Shown here: one piece after another, positions 42,601-52,846 of the stretch | Position numbering within the stretch: position 1 is the first letter of the stretch | Layout of the letters: each line of letters starts with the position of its first letter | Origin: an uncultured Spirochaetota bacterium | GTDB taxonomy: Bacteria; Spirochaetota; Spirochaetia; SZUA-6; CAVTHK01 | DNA: 64,000 nucleotides | Direction of reading: 5' to 3' | Assembly (NCBI GenBank): GCA_963734495.1 | Contig: CAVTHK010000011.1 | Span: 384,001 to 448,000, forward strand | Position numbers and translations under genes: made by a program | Notes under the pieces: generated by a model | Databases searched by the model: none | What the model was told of the DNA's origin: nothing | Seen by the model: only the letters and a program-made list of their open reading frames with translations

Positions 42601-45600
42601 GCTGGTCTACAACGAGGCACTGTCGGCCGCTTCGATTTCTGCTGCCCTGGTTGGGGCCAACACCAACAACGCGCTGGCCGCGGGCAGCGGCAACATCACC
42701 GGCGCCCTGGCGGATATCGTCGCGGAACTGGGCGGCTTCGCCACCCCGACGACCGCGACTGCCAGTGCAACCGCGCTGGCCCTGAGCGCTGACGGCCGCA
42801 CGGTCACCATCACGCTGGGTGGGACGGTGGCTGACGGCGCGTTCCCTGGCGGGCTCTTCACTCCTGCTGCCGCCTACAGCGACACCCACGGCAACACGGT
42901 CAACACCGCGGTCACTCAGACTGCCACCGGCACGTGGGACGCGACGGCGCCGCAGCTCGTGAGCGTCACGCTTGCCGATGCCGGCAACGCAGGCGCGGGT
43001 GTCGGCGATACGATCACGCTGGTCTACAACGAAGCGCTGTCGGCCTCCTCCATCAGCGCCGCTCTTGTGGGTGCCAACATCAACAACGCGCTGGGTGCGG
43101 GCAGCGGCAACATCACTGGCGCTCTGGCGGACGTGATCGCGGAGCTGGGCGGCTTCGCCATCCCGACCGCAGCGACCGCGAGTGTCACCACCCTGACGCT
43201 GAGTGCCGATGGGCGTACGGCAACGATCGCCCTGGGTGGGACGGTGGCTGACGGCGTGTTCCCGGGCGGCGTCTTTACGCCGGCGGCGACCTACACCGAC
43301 CGCTTTGGCGGCAACACGATTAACACAACGGTGACGCCGACTGCGACCGGGAGCTGGGATGCGACCGCACCGCAGTTGGTGAGCGTCACTCTAGGTGACG
43401 CAGGAAACGCCGGGGCGGGGGTTGGCGACACGATCACGCTGGTCTACAACGAGGCGCTTTCCGCCTCCTCGATCAGCTCTGCTCTGGTGGGCTCGAACAC
43501 AAATAACGCGCTGGCCGCGGGTAGCGGCAACGTCACGGGCGCCCTGGCCAACGTTATCGCCGAGTTGGGCAACTTCGCCACGCCGGCGAGCGCCACCGCG
43601 TCCGCAACCACCCTGACGCTGAGCGCTGACGGCCGCACGGTCACTATCACCCTGGGCGGTACCGTCGTCGACGGGACGTTCCCCGCGGGTGTGTTTACCC
43701 TTGTCGCCACTTACAGCGACCCGCACGGCAACACAGTGACCACCGCGGTAACTCAGACTGCCACCGGAACCTGGGACGGTACGGCGCCGCAGCTTGTGAG
43801 TGTCACTCTGGCCGACGCAGGGAACGCAGGGGCAGGGGTCGGCGACACCATCGCACTTGTCTACGACGAAGCGCTGTCAGCCTCCTCGATCAGCACGGCT
43901 CTTGTGGGCGGCAACACCAACAACGCGCTGGCCACCGGCAGCGGGAACATCACCGGCGCGCTGGCCGACATCGTCGCGGAGCTGGGCAGCTTCGCCACGC
44001 CGACGACGGCGACCGCGAGCGCAACCACGCTGACCCTGAGCGCCGACGGCCGCACGGTGACCGTCACGCTCGGCGGCACCCTGGCCGACGGCGTGTTCCC
44101 TGCCGGAGTCTTTACGCCGGCGGCAAGCTACACCGACGCGCACGGCAACGTCGTCAACACCGCGGTCACGCAGACCGCCACCGGGACGTGGGATGGCACG
44201 GCGCCGCAGCTGGTGAGCGTCACGCTCGCCGATGCAGGCAACGCAGGGGCTGGGGCCGGCGACACCATCACGCTGGTCTACAACGAGGCTCTTTCTGCCG
44301 CTTCGATCTCTGCCGCCCTGATTGGGGCTAGCGTCAACAACGCGCTGGCTGCGGGCAGCGGGAACATCACCGGCACCTTGGCCAACGTCACCGGGGAGCT
44401 GGGCAGCTTCGCGACGCCGACCACGGCGACCGCGAGTGCAACCACCCTGACGCTGAGCGCCGACGGTCGCACCGTCACCCTCACTCTGGGCGGCACAGTG
44501 GCCGATGGCGTGTTCCCCGCCGGCGTGTTTACCCCTGTCGCCACCTACACCGACACGCACGGCAACATCGTGAGCACTGCGATTACTCAGACTGCCACCG
44601 GGACTTGGGACGGCACGGCACCGCAGCTCGTGAGCGTCACGCTTGCCGATGCGGGCAACGCGGGCGCAGGCGCGGGCGACACGATCACGCTGCTCTACAA
44701 CGAAGCGCTGTCTGCCTCCTCGATTAGCGCCGCTCTGATGGGCGGCAACACCAACAACGCCTTGGCAGCAGGCAGCGGCAACATCACCGGCGCGCTTGCC
44801 GACATCATCGCAGAGCTGGGGAGCTTCGCCACCCCGACTACGGCGACTGCCAGTGCGACCACCCTGACGCTGAGCGCCGACGGTCGTACGGTCACCCTCA
44901 CTCTCGGCGGCACAGTGGTCGACGGCGTGTTCCCCGCCGGCGTGGTTACCCCGACGGCAAGCTACGCCGACGCGCACGGCGAACGGCATCAACACGGCGG
45001 TGACGCAGACTGCCACCGGGAGCTGGGACGCGACCGCGCCGCAGCTTGTCAGCGTCACCCTGGCCGACGCAGGAAACGCGGGAGCGGGCGTCGGCGACAC
45101 CATCACGCTGGTCTACAACGAGGCGTTGTCTGCCTCCTCGATCAGCGCGGCCCTCGTGGGGGCCAACGCCAACAACGCGCTGGCTGCGGGCAGCGGCAAC
45201 ATCACCGGCGCCCTGGCGGACATTATCGCGGAGCTCGGCAGCTTCGCCACACCCACGACGGCGACCGCCACCGCCACGACGCTGAGCCTGAGCGCCGACG
45301 GCCGGACGGTGACCATCACGCTCGGCGGCGACCGTCGTCGACGGCACGTTCCCCGCCGGCGTGTTTACCCCTGTCGCCACCTACGCCGACGCGCACGGCA
45401 ACATCGTGAGCACTGCGGTGACGCAGACTGCCACCGGGAGTTGGGACGGCACGGCGCCGCAGCTCGTGAGCGTCACGCTTGCCGATGCGGGCAACGCAGG
45501 CGCGGGTGTCGGCGACACGATCACGCTGGTCTACAACGAAGCGCTGTCTGCCGCCTCGATCAGCGCAGCTCTTGTGGGTGCTAACACCAATAACGCCCTG

Positions 45601-48085
45601 GCTGCGGGCAGCGGCAACATCACCGGCGCCCTGGCCGACATCATCGCGGAGCTGGGCAGCTTCGCCACGCCCACGACCGCGACGGCCAGCGGCGACGACC
45701 CTGACCCTGAGCGGCGACGGTCGCACGGTGACCGTCACGCTCGGCGGCACCATGGCGACGGTGTCTTCCCTGCCGGCCTGTTCACACCGACGGCCAGCTA
45801 CGCTGACGCGCACGGCAACGCCATCAACACAGCCGCGACGCAGACTGCCACCGGCACGTGGGACGCGACGGCGCCGCAGCTCGTGAGCGTCACCCTGGCC
45901 GACGCGGGCAACGCCGGGGCTGGGGTCGGCGATACGATCACGCTGGTCTACAACGAGGCGCTGTCGGCCTCCTCGATCAGTGCCGCTCTGGTGGGCGCCA
46001 ACACGAACAACGCTCTGGCTGCGGGCAGCGGCAACATCACCGGCGCTCTGGCGGACATCATCGCCGAGCTGGGCAGCTTCGCCACGCCCACGACCGCGAC
46101 CGCAAGCGCCGCCACCCTGACCCTGAGCGCCGATGGCCGCACGGTCACGATCACGCTCGGCGGCACCGTGGCTGACGGCGTGTTCCCCGCCGGCGTCTTT
46201 ACGACGACGGCGAGCTACACCGATGCGCACGGGAACGTTATCAACACCGCGGTGACGCAGACGGCCACGGGCACGTGGGACGGGACCGCGCCGCGGCTGG
46301 TGAGTGTGACGCTGACTGATGTGGGCAACGCAGGGGCGGCGCCCGGGGACACGATCACGCTGGTCTACGACAAGGCGTTGTCCGCGTCCTCGATCAGCGC
46401 GGCGCTCGTTGGGGCGGACACCAACAACGCCCTGGCTGCAGGCAGCGGCAACGTCACCGGCGCGCTTGCCGACATCATCGCCGAGCTCGGCAGCTTCGCC
46501 ACCCCGACCACGGCTACAGCGACTGCGACCGTTCTGACGCTGAGCGCCGACGGGCGCACAGTGACCATCACCCTCGGCGGCACCGTGATCGACGGCACAT
46601 TCCCCTCGGGAGTGTTCACCCCGGCCGCCACCTACACCGACACCCACGGCAACACCGTGAACACCGCGGTGACGCAGACGGCAACCGGCGACTGGGGCGT
46701 CCGCCCGATGATCAGCTCCCTGACGACGGCCGACGTCGACGGCGACGGCTGGATCGATCGCCTCGTCGTGACCTTCAACCGCAACGTCAATCCGGCCACA
46801 ATAGTGTCGGCGCGGTTCTCCACCGATGTCGGCTCGGTCGCCGGTGTCACCAACGACGCGCCCGACGACCCGGCTGCGATCTGGGTAAACCTCGTCGACG
46901 GCGTGCTCGACACGGGTCGGACGCCTCGGCTCAGCATCGCAACCGACGGCATTCGCGACACCTTTGGCGTCCCCAACGGCGCGATCTCTCTCCATTTGTC
47001 GGTGGACAACGCCCGGCCGGTCATCCTGTACACGCTGGCCGTCGCGGGCCAGAGCAGGATTGCGGTGCATTTCTCGGAGGCGGTGAGCCACACGCTCGCG
47101 GCCGATTTCACGTACAGCGGCGCGCCGAGCGTTTCGAGCGTGCCCACGAACGGAACGCCTTCCTACATGATCGTTCTCACCGGCGCGATCCCGGAAAGCG
47201 ACATCACCGGCGCCGTGCCTGCTGACGATCACGATCAACGCGATGGTCGTCGATGCGGTCGCCCTCTCGGTGGATGCCGGCGGGCCGCAGCCACAGGGTC
47301 TCGGACCTCGGGCTCGGCATCATCGCCCCGGTCTGGGCCAGGTCCTCGCAAGGTTCCGGAGAGACGCTGACGATCTTTGACGGCACCCGGGGCGTCATGG
47401 CGGGCGACATATCGCTGCAGGCGACCGTGCGCACGGTGCCCCCTGCGGCTTCGCCCACGTACGCAGGCGCTGCCGTGACCACGGCTTATCCGACTGTTGA
47501 CCTTCTGTACGACGTCGACGCGGCTGCGGCCTACGTGTCGAACGGCCTGTGGCTGCCGGCGGCGGTCCCGGGCCTGGTGCCTGCCGCGAACCCCGCCGCG
47601 CGGACACTGTCGCAGGCATCGTCGCTGAACGCGCTGCGAGATTACCTGATCCCCAGCACCGACCCGGAAGTCCGCGCGGGATCCGAAATCCAGTTCTTCT
47701 TCGGGGTGGGCGGCCTGGTGCATGCGAGAGTCGCCAATCCCGTGGACCCCAACTCCATCGGGCCATGGAGGTTGCCGCTCGAGGCACTCCGCACGAGCAG
47801 CGAGGCAAGGTCACCATCGCCAACAACGTCGTCAATCCGACTGCGGGCGAGACGACGCGGCTGACGGTCGCGCTCGAAGAACGGGGGAGCCTCTCGGTGA
47901 CAGTGTTCGACCTCAAGGGAGACATCGTGCAGGTGCTCTTCCGCGGGACCGCGGAGCGCGGCGAGCACGTGTTCGGCTGGGACGGCCGCAACCGGGGTGG
48001 CCGTGATGTCGCCCGCGGGATCTACTTCATCAAAGTCGTCGCTCCCGGAGTCGAGGAGATCCGCAAGGTCCTGATCGTGAAGTGA
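33617..48085 (+). CDS. Giant secreted surface protein: 3x(DUF2341+LamG), beta-rich region, Ig, LamG, 18 tandem repeats, FlgD-Ig C-terminus; start uncertain; several frameshifts
   Basis: Stitched from ORFs 33392..41527, 41539.., 41765.., 45000.., 45361.., 47253.. and 47549..48085. Signal-peptide-like LTLLLFLATSVPSVMA-QSW; DUF2341 motifs (DI.FT..HEIE..AWV..P..YYGN); LamG motifs (TxSAWV, WHHV, G.IDE.R); C-terminal WDGRN...GIYFIKV...RKVLIVK. Confidence 0.85.
39170..46700 (+). repeat. 18 tandem intragenic repeats of 417/420 bp (139/140 aa)
   Basis: Unit DxTAPQLVSVTLADAGNAGAGxGDTITLVYNEALSAASISAALVGANTNNALAAGSGNITGALADIIAELGSFATPTTATASATTLTLSADGRTVTITLGGTVxDGVFPAGVFTPxAxYxDxxGN...TQTATGxW. Unit-ending Trp codons counted at about 39583, 40003, 40423, 40841, 41257, 41679, 42101, 42517, 42934, 43354, 43771, 44188, 44605, 45023, 45441, 45858, 46275 and 46693. 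Confidence 0.95.
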
Positions 48086-48202
48086 CCCCCGGGCCGGTGG
48101 ACCCTGCCAGGCGACTCGCGCAGACTCGCGAACGCGGGTTTGCAGCCGGCCCGGGCCGATGCTACGCTTGAGACACCGCTCGAGACAGCGAGGAGGTCAC
48201 TG

Positions 48203-49204
48203 GTGTCGCATCAACCCGTCCCCAAGCTCGCCGGCATCAGCCCCTCGTCCTGGGAGCACCCCGCCGACAAGGCGGCGTTGAGCGTCCTCAGGCAGACCGG
48301 AGGCCTCGGCGACATCATCAAGATGATCGTCGGGGGCACCACGGAGAAGTCGATCCGCCTCCTGCACATCGCGTCCTCGGTCAAGGTGGGCCCCAATCAG
48401 TTCCCGAGGATCAAGGGGCTCCTCGACAAGGCCGCGGAAGTGCTGGACTCGCCCTCCGTTCCCGACGTTTTTGTCGTGAACGATCCGCGCTTCAACGCAG
48501 GCGTTGCCGGCGTCAAGGAGCCCTTCATCGTGGTCCACTCAGGCCTCCTCGCCTCACTCGACGACGACGAGCTCTACTGCGCTCTCGCGCACGAGCTGGC
48601 GCACATCCTGTCGGGGCACAGCGTCTACAAGACGGTCCTCTGGGTCCTGCTCCGGATTTCACTCAGCGCCATCCCGATCGCCGGCCTTCTCATCAAGCCT
48701 CTGGTCCTCGCCCTGCGCGAGTGGGACCGCAAGAGCGAGCTGACTGCCGACCGCGCGGCGCTGCTCGCGTCGCAGAGCGAGCAGCCGAACTACAACCTGC
48801 TCATGAAGGCGGCAGGTGGAAGCGACCTCTCGCAGATGAACGCCAACGACTTCTTTCAGCAGGCCTGGGAATACGAAAACCAGAAAGGCCTCCTGGACGG
48901 CATCTTCAAGATCCTCAACACAGCCTGGGAGAGTCACCCTTTCGCCGTCGTGAGACTGCAGGAGCTGCGGTCCTGGGCGGCATCGGGCGCATACCAGTCC
49001 ATCCTCGGCGGCGATTACGTCAGGCGCGACTCCGAGAAGCGCGACGCCTCCCAGGACGCGAGCGAGGCCTATCAGCACTACAAGACCACCGTCGAACAGA
49101 GCGACGATCCCGTGATCAAGGCGGTCCGAGGGGTCGGCAGCGCTCTCGGCGAGGCGACGAAGGGCGTGCGTGACGCCATCAAGGAGATCTTCAAGAATCC
49201 GTGA
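48203..49204 (+). CDS. M48 family zinc metallopeptidase
   Basis: WEHPAD, HELAH (HExxH), W.RKSELTADRA and SHP motifs; AGGAGG RBS before GTG; upstream TTGCAG-N17-TACGCT. Confidence 0.9.
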   Translation: MSHQPVPKLAGISPSSWEHPADKAALSVLRQTGGLGDIIKMIVGGTTEKSIRLLHIASSVKVGPNQFPRIKGLLDKAAEVLDSPSVPDVFVVNDPRFNAGVAGVKEPFIVVHSGLLASLDDDELYCALAHELAHILSGHSVYKTVLWVLLRISLSAIPIAGLLIKPLVLALREWDRKSELTADRAALLASQSEQPNYNLLMKAAGGSDLSQMNANDFFQQAWEYENQKGLLDGIFKILNTAWESHPFAVVRLQELRSWAASGAYQSILGGDYVRRDSEKRDASQDASEAYQHYKTTVEQSDDPVIKAVRGVGSALGEATKGVRDAIKEIFKNP

Positions 49205-49295
49205 GGACGGTGATCGACGGCCGCATCGCGCGCTTTTCGTTCGCCGGGAATTCAAGGTGAAGGCGGCCGCCGTGCGACTCTCTCGATGCGCAGCG

Positions 49296-49740
49296 TCAGC
49301 GCGGCAGCCAGAAATTGCCCGAGACGGCGAGCAGCGCCTGCATGGCGATCGTGTGACCGTAGTATTCGCTCTGAGGGTTCGCGGGATTGAAACAGCCCGG
49401 ATTGCGCGGATTCGTTTCGGGGTTCACCGCGATCGCTTCCCACAGCCTGTCGAGCCAGGCCTGATGGGCGGGATCGATCATCGTGCTTACAGCAAAGGGC
49501 GCGGCGAAGCAGAGCTCGTCGCGCAGAACCGGATCCGCGATCCGCTTCCCGTTGCGGGTGCCGACGTAGTAGCCCTGGCCGCTCACGCAGCGATAGCCGG
49601 GCGTTCCCGGGCGCCTGCGCACGTTCATGCCTGAGTCCCGTTTGAGCCACTCGTTCGTCCGGTCCAGCATCGGTTTGAGGCTCGAATCGCCGAACATCAC
49701 ATAGTCGAGCGAGAGACGCCACGGCGTCCTGCTGCGCGGG
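49296..49740 (-). pseudogene. C-terminal remnant of a GH8 (chitosanase/lichenase/endoglucanase-type) glycoside hydrolase
   Basis: RTPWRLSLDY..FG, FAAPFAVSTM, QAWLDRLW and YY...L.L.VSGNFW.P resemble the GH8 C-terminus; the N-terminal catalytic half is absent and osmC ends about 75 nt upstream. Confidence 0.6.
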
Positions 49741-49814
49741 AAATCGCCGCGCGCTCCCGCGGGGCTCATGTCTGGGCTTCTGTCGCCTCGCGGCGTCGAT
49801 CGGTGTCCATCGGC

Positions 49815-50255
49815 TCACGCGCCGACGACCACCTCAGCCTCGAGCGTGACCTGCGTGTTCATGGATCGCGAGATCAGGCACAGCTGCTCGGCCCGCTCCA
49901 GGATGCGCTTCGCGCGATCGGCCGCGGACGCGTCGGTGATGACCAGGCGGGGGCTGATGACGATCTTCGTGACCCGATACCCCTGCTCGGTCTTCTCCAG
50001 CAGCCCCTGGGCCCTGGAGCTGTACTCGCGAAACGCGAGCTTGGAGTTCGCGGCGATGGCGAGAAAGGTGGTCATCAGACATGCCTCCGCGGCTGCCACG
50101 AAGAGGTGCTCCGGCGACCAGAAGCCCGGGTGGCCTCCCGGAAACCCGGGAGGGGTGGCGACATCCAGCTGTGGAAGGCCTTCGGCGGACAGTGTTCCGC
50201 GCCGCTCAGAAACCCAGCGCAGGCTGGTGCTGTACGTGTGGCTCTCTTCGGCCAT
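49815..50255 (-). CDS. OsmC/Ohr family protein
   Basis: PPGFPGG...WSPEHLFVAAAEACL...CLISRS with two Cys; GAGGAG RBS. Confidence 0.88.
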   Translation of the reverse strand: MAEESHTYSTSLRWVSERRGTLSAEGLPQLDVATPPGFPGGHPGFWSPEHLFVAAAEACLMTTFLAIAANSKLAFREYSSRAQGLLEKTEQGYRVTKIVISPRLVITDASAADRAKRILERAEQLCLISRSMNTQVTLEAEVVVGA

Positions 50256-50611
50256 CGCTTTCTCCTCGGCGACGCGGCCCGCGCCGCCACGTTCGGATCG
50301 CGACAGTGTGCCCCGGGAGCGACCTCCGTGTGAAGAGACGGGTGCCGGCGGCTGGCCCGGGCAGCCGGGTGCGACGGGCGGAGCCGGCGCTCTGCGTGGT
50401 GCGGTGCCGTGCGTTTGCCGCGGGACGGGCAGGCGATGTAGAGTTATAGTAGCCCCAGGGGGAAGCACGGAGGGGCCATGCCGCAGATCGCGGCCGCGGT
50501 CGTCGGCCTGCTCAAGCTGATCGTGCTCTCGGGAGAGCTTCCCGTGGCGGACGACCTGCCGCCCCCTGGCGCTCTGATCCTGTAGAGAGCGGTGCGGTCG
50601 TCGGAGTCAAC

Positions 50612-50989
50612 GTGGTAAGGATTGTCATCAGTATCGTCCTGCTCATCGCTCTCTGCGTGCTCGTCGTGCTCAACCTCGAATACAGGACCTCGATCAACCT
50701 CTTCTGGGTCCGCTTCGACCAGGTGTCCGTCGTGGCGATCGCCCTGGTGAGCTTCGTGTTCGGCGTGCTGTACTCGTTCTTTCTCTACGCGACGCGCTAC
50801 TTCGTCGGCCTGAGACGCAACTCGCTGCTCGCCCGGAGCCAGGACCTCGCGCAGCGCGAGCAGGAGGCCGTCGCGAGGGAAAAGGAAGCAGCGAGGCAGG
50901 TCGCACAGGGTTCGGATGCGGCCCCTGCGACGGAAGGCGCAGGACAGGACGCCGCCCCGCGCAAACGGAGACGCCTCTCGCGCCGCTAA
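50612..50989 (+). CDS. LapA (DUF1049) family membrane protein
   Basis: TM-N-loop-TM (FVFGVL) followed by a coiled coil; GGAG RBS. Confidence 0.7.
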   Translation: MVRIVISIVLLIALCVLVVLNLEYRTSINLFWVRFDQVSVVAIALVSFVFGVLYSFFLYATRYFVGLRRNSLLARSQDLAQREQEAVAREKEAARQVAQGSDAAPATEGAGQDAAPRKRRRLSRR

Positions 50990-51001
50990 GGCGCCGGCAG
51001 C

Positions 51002-51790
51002 TCAGGGCACGCTGTTCCCGACGGGCGCGAGAGGCTGCTCCCTGAAAGCGGCGACGAACGACACGATCGAGGCGACGGCCCGCTCGATGATGGCGCGCCC
51101 CTTCTCCGCGGTGGCGCCGGTGGGATCGCCCCAGCCTCCCAGGTCGCAGAAATCAGAGAAATCAGGATAAGTGAAGAAGGGCCCCCCGGCGAGCGCCGTG
51201 TAGGCGCCGTGGAATTGCAGCGCTTCCCGGGGCGCGCTCCATTCCGCACGGGCGACGTCCACCAGGTCGGGTCTCAGCGCCATGATGACGCTCGCGATGA
51301 CTTCGCCGCCGTGCCCGGTGGGGTGGGCCGTCGGGCCGGCGATCCCCTTGGAAGCGGCAAACGCGGCCTGCCACCACATCGCCTGGGCCACGGGGACGCC
51401 GCGGGCGCGCAGGGTCCGGCCGCACGCGTCGATCGCGCGCATGTTCATCATGTGGGTGTTGAGGAACAGCAGCCGGCGCACGCCGTCGCGCACGAGCGAG
51501 GATGCAACGTCCAGGTAGAGAGCTTTCAGAGTATCCGGGTCGATCGTGATCGTGCCGGGCCAGAACCGCAGCTCCAGCGCGTCGCCCACGGGGATGACCG
51601 GCGCGACGAGGCATCCCGTGGTCTCCCCGAGCCTTCGCGAAATCGCGTCCGCTACGAACGAATCGCATCCGAGCGGGCCGTACGTCCCCAGCACTTCCGT
51701 CGATCCCACAGGGATGATCGCTGTGTCCGTTTCGGCGAGGGCGGCTTGGAACTCGCGGCTCGTCATCTCGCTCATCACCACCCGCTTCAT
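51002..51790 (-). CDS. Creatininase/amidohydrolase-family protein with non-canonical metal site
   Basis: IIPVGSTE...D, WPGTIT, NTH..N, HGGE..S and G.WGDP..ATAEKG motifs; ATGA overlap with the upstream gene. Confidence 0.85.
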   Translation of the reverse strand: MKRVVMSEMTSREFQAALAETDTAIIPVGSTEVLGTYGPLGCDSFVADAISRRLGETTGCLVAPVIPVGDALELRFWPGTITIDPDTLKALYLDVASSLVRDGVRRLLFLNTHMMNMRAIDACGRTLRARGVPVAQAMWWQAAFAASKGIAGPTAHPTGHGGEVIASVIMALRPDLVDVARAEWSAPREALQFHGAYTALAGGPFFTYPDFSDFCDLGGWGDPTGATAEKGRAIIERAVASIVSFVAAFREQPLAPVGNSVP

Positions 51791-52840
51791 GGGGTCTCCG
51801 CGGAAACGGCGACCGGTTTGCCGGTCGCGGCGGACTGCTCGATCGCGAGCGCGATCGCCATGGAGTTGCATGCGTCGAGAACATCCGAGAGCACGGGGGA
51901 GCCGCCCAGGATGGCGTCCACCAGGTTGTCGATCTCCTCGCGGAACGGGTGATGCGTCACCGCCCCGGAGTTGATGGTCGGGGTGGCAATCGTGACAAAG
52001 TCGTTCTGCTCGGGGAACAGCAGCTTCGAATAGATGCGATTGTCCCGGATCGCGCCCCGGGTCCCGAGGAGGTCGATATTCATCTGGTAGGGGAAGGCGA
52101 CCCCGTCGAGCGACGCCGAGAGCTTGCCGACGGTCCCGTCGGCGAACTTGCACCGCGGCCACCAGCGTCGTCGGGTAGTCGAAGTCCTCCCGGGTGCCGC
52201 ACCGATAGGCGCTCACCTCGGCGACCTCGGCCCGCTTGAGGTGGCGTGCGAGGTCGGCCGCGTGGCAGCCGCCGGTGATCATCGCGCCCCCGGCGAACTC
52301 GCGGCGGCGGATCCACTCGTAGCTGGCGAAGGTCGGCTTGATGCCGTGCCAGTAGTCGACCTCCGTGTAGTAGATGTCGCCGATCGCCTTCTGATCCAGC
52401 ACCGCCCGCAGGTTCCTGACCATCGGGTGCCAGCGCGAGACGAAGCTCACCACGGACCGCGTCGTCGCGGCCCGCGCCGCGGCGCGGAGGTCCGCGAGCT
52501 CCTCCCACGTGATGGCAGGCGGTTTCTCGAGGATGAGGTGCTTGCCCGCCCCGAAGGCGGCGATCGCCTCGCGCGCATGGAGGTGGTTGGGCATGCAGAT
52601 CGACACGATGTCGACAGACCCGTCGTCGAGCATGTCTTCGTAGCGGTCATAGATCTTCGGGGCGGGCCCGCTCTGCGGCGCCATCGCGCGGGCCAGCGCC
52701 TCCGATCGCTCCCGCCGCCGGCTCGCCACCGCGGCGAGGCGCAGGTGCGGGTTGGCCGCAATCGCCTTGGCGTGCTCGTAGGCGACCTGTCCGGCGCCCC
52801 TGATTCCGACGCCGAGCACCCGTTCGCTGTTGCCTGCCAT
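51787..52840 (-). CDS. Gfo/Idh/MocA family oxidoreductase; frameshift ~52150
   Basis: GIRGAGQV, PNHLH, GKHLILEKP and GGAM...GCHAADL; the C-terminus is in ORF 51787..52083. Confidence 0.85.
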
Positions 52841-52846
52841 CTCTCG

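Noticed and set aside
39170-46700. CRISPR-like or DGR-like array
   Set aside because: Units are 417-420 bp in-frame coding repeats with no unique spacers; no cas or reverse transcriptase gene is present, and the variation is not adenine-specific.
41500-47800. Programmed frameshifting or phase variation in the giant gene
   Set aside because: The shifts are not at long homopolymers or slippery sites, and resemble the indels found throughout the window.
50340-50425. c-di-GMP-I-like GGCAAAC...ACGCAGAGC on the minus strand upstream of osmC
   Set aside because: The intervening bases do not form the P2 stem with a GNRA loop; an Rfam scan would be needed to support it.
51002-52840. 612-aa ORF suggesting a Gfo/Idh/MocA-creatininase fusion
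   Set aside because: Artefact of the ~52150 frameshift. The real oxidoreductase C-terminus is in another frame and stops at 51787 with an ATGA overlap.
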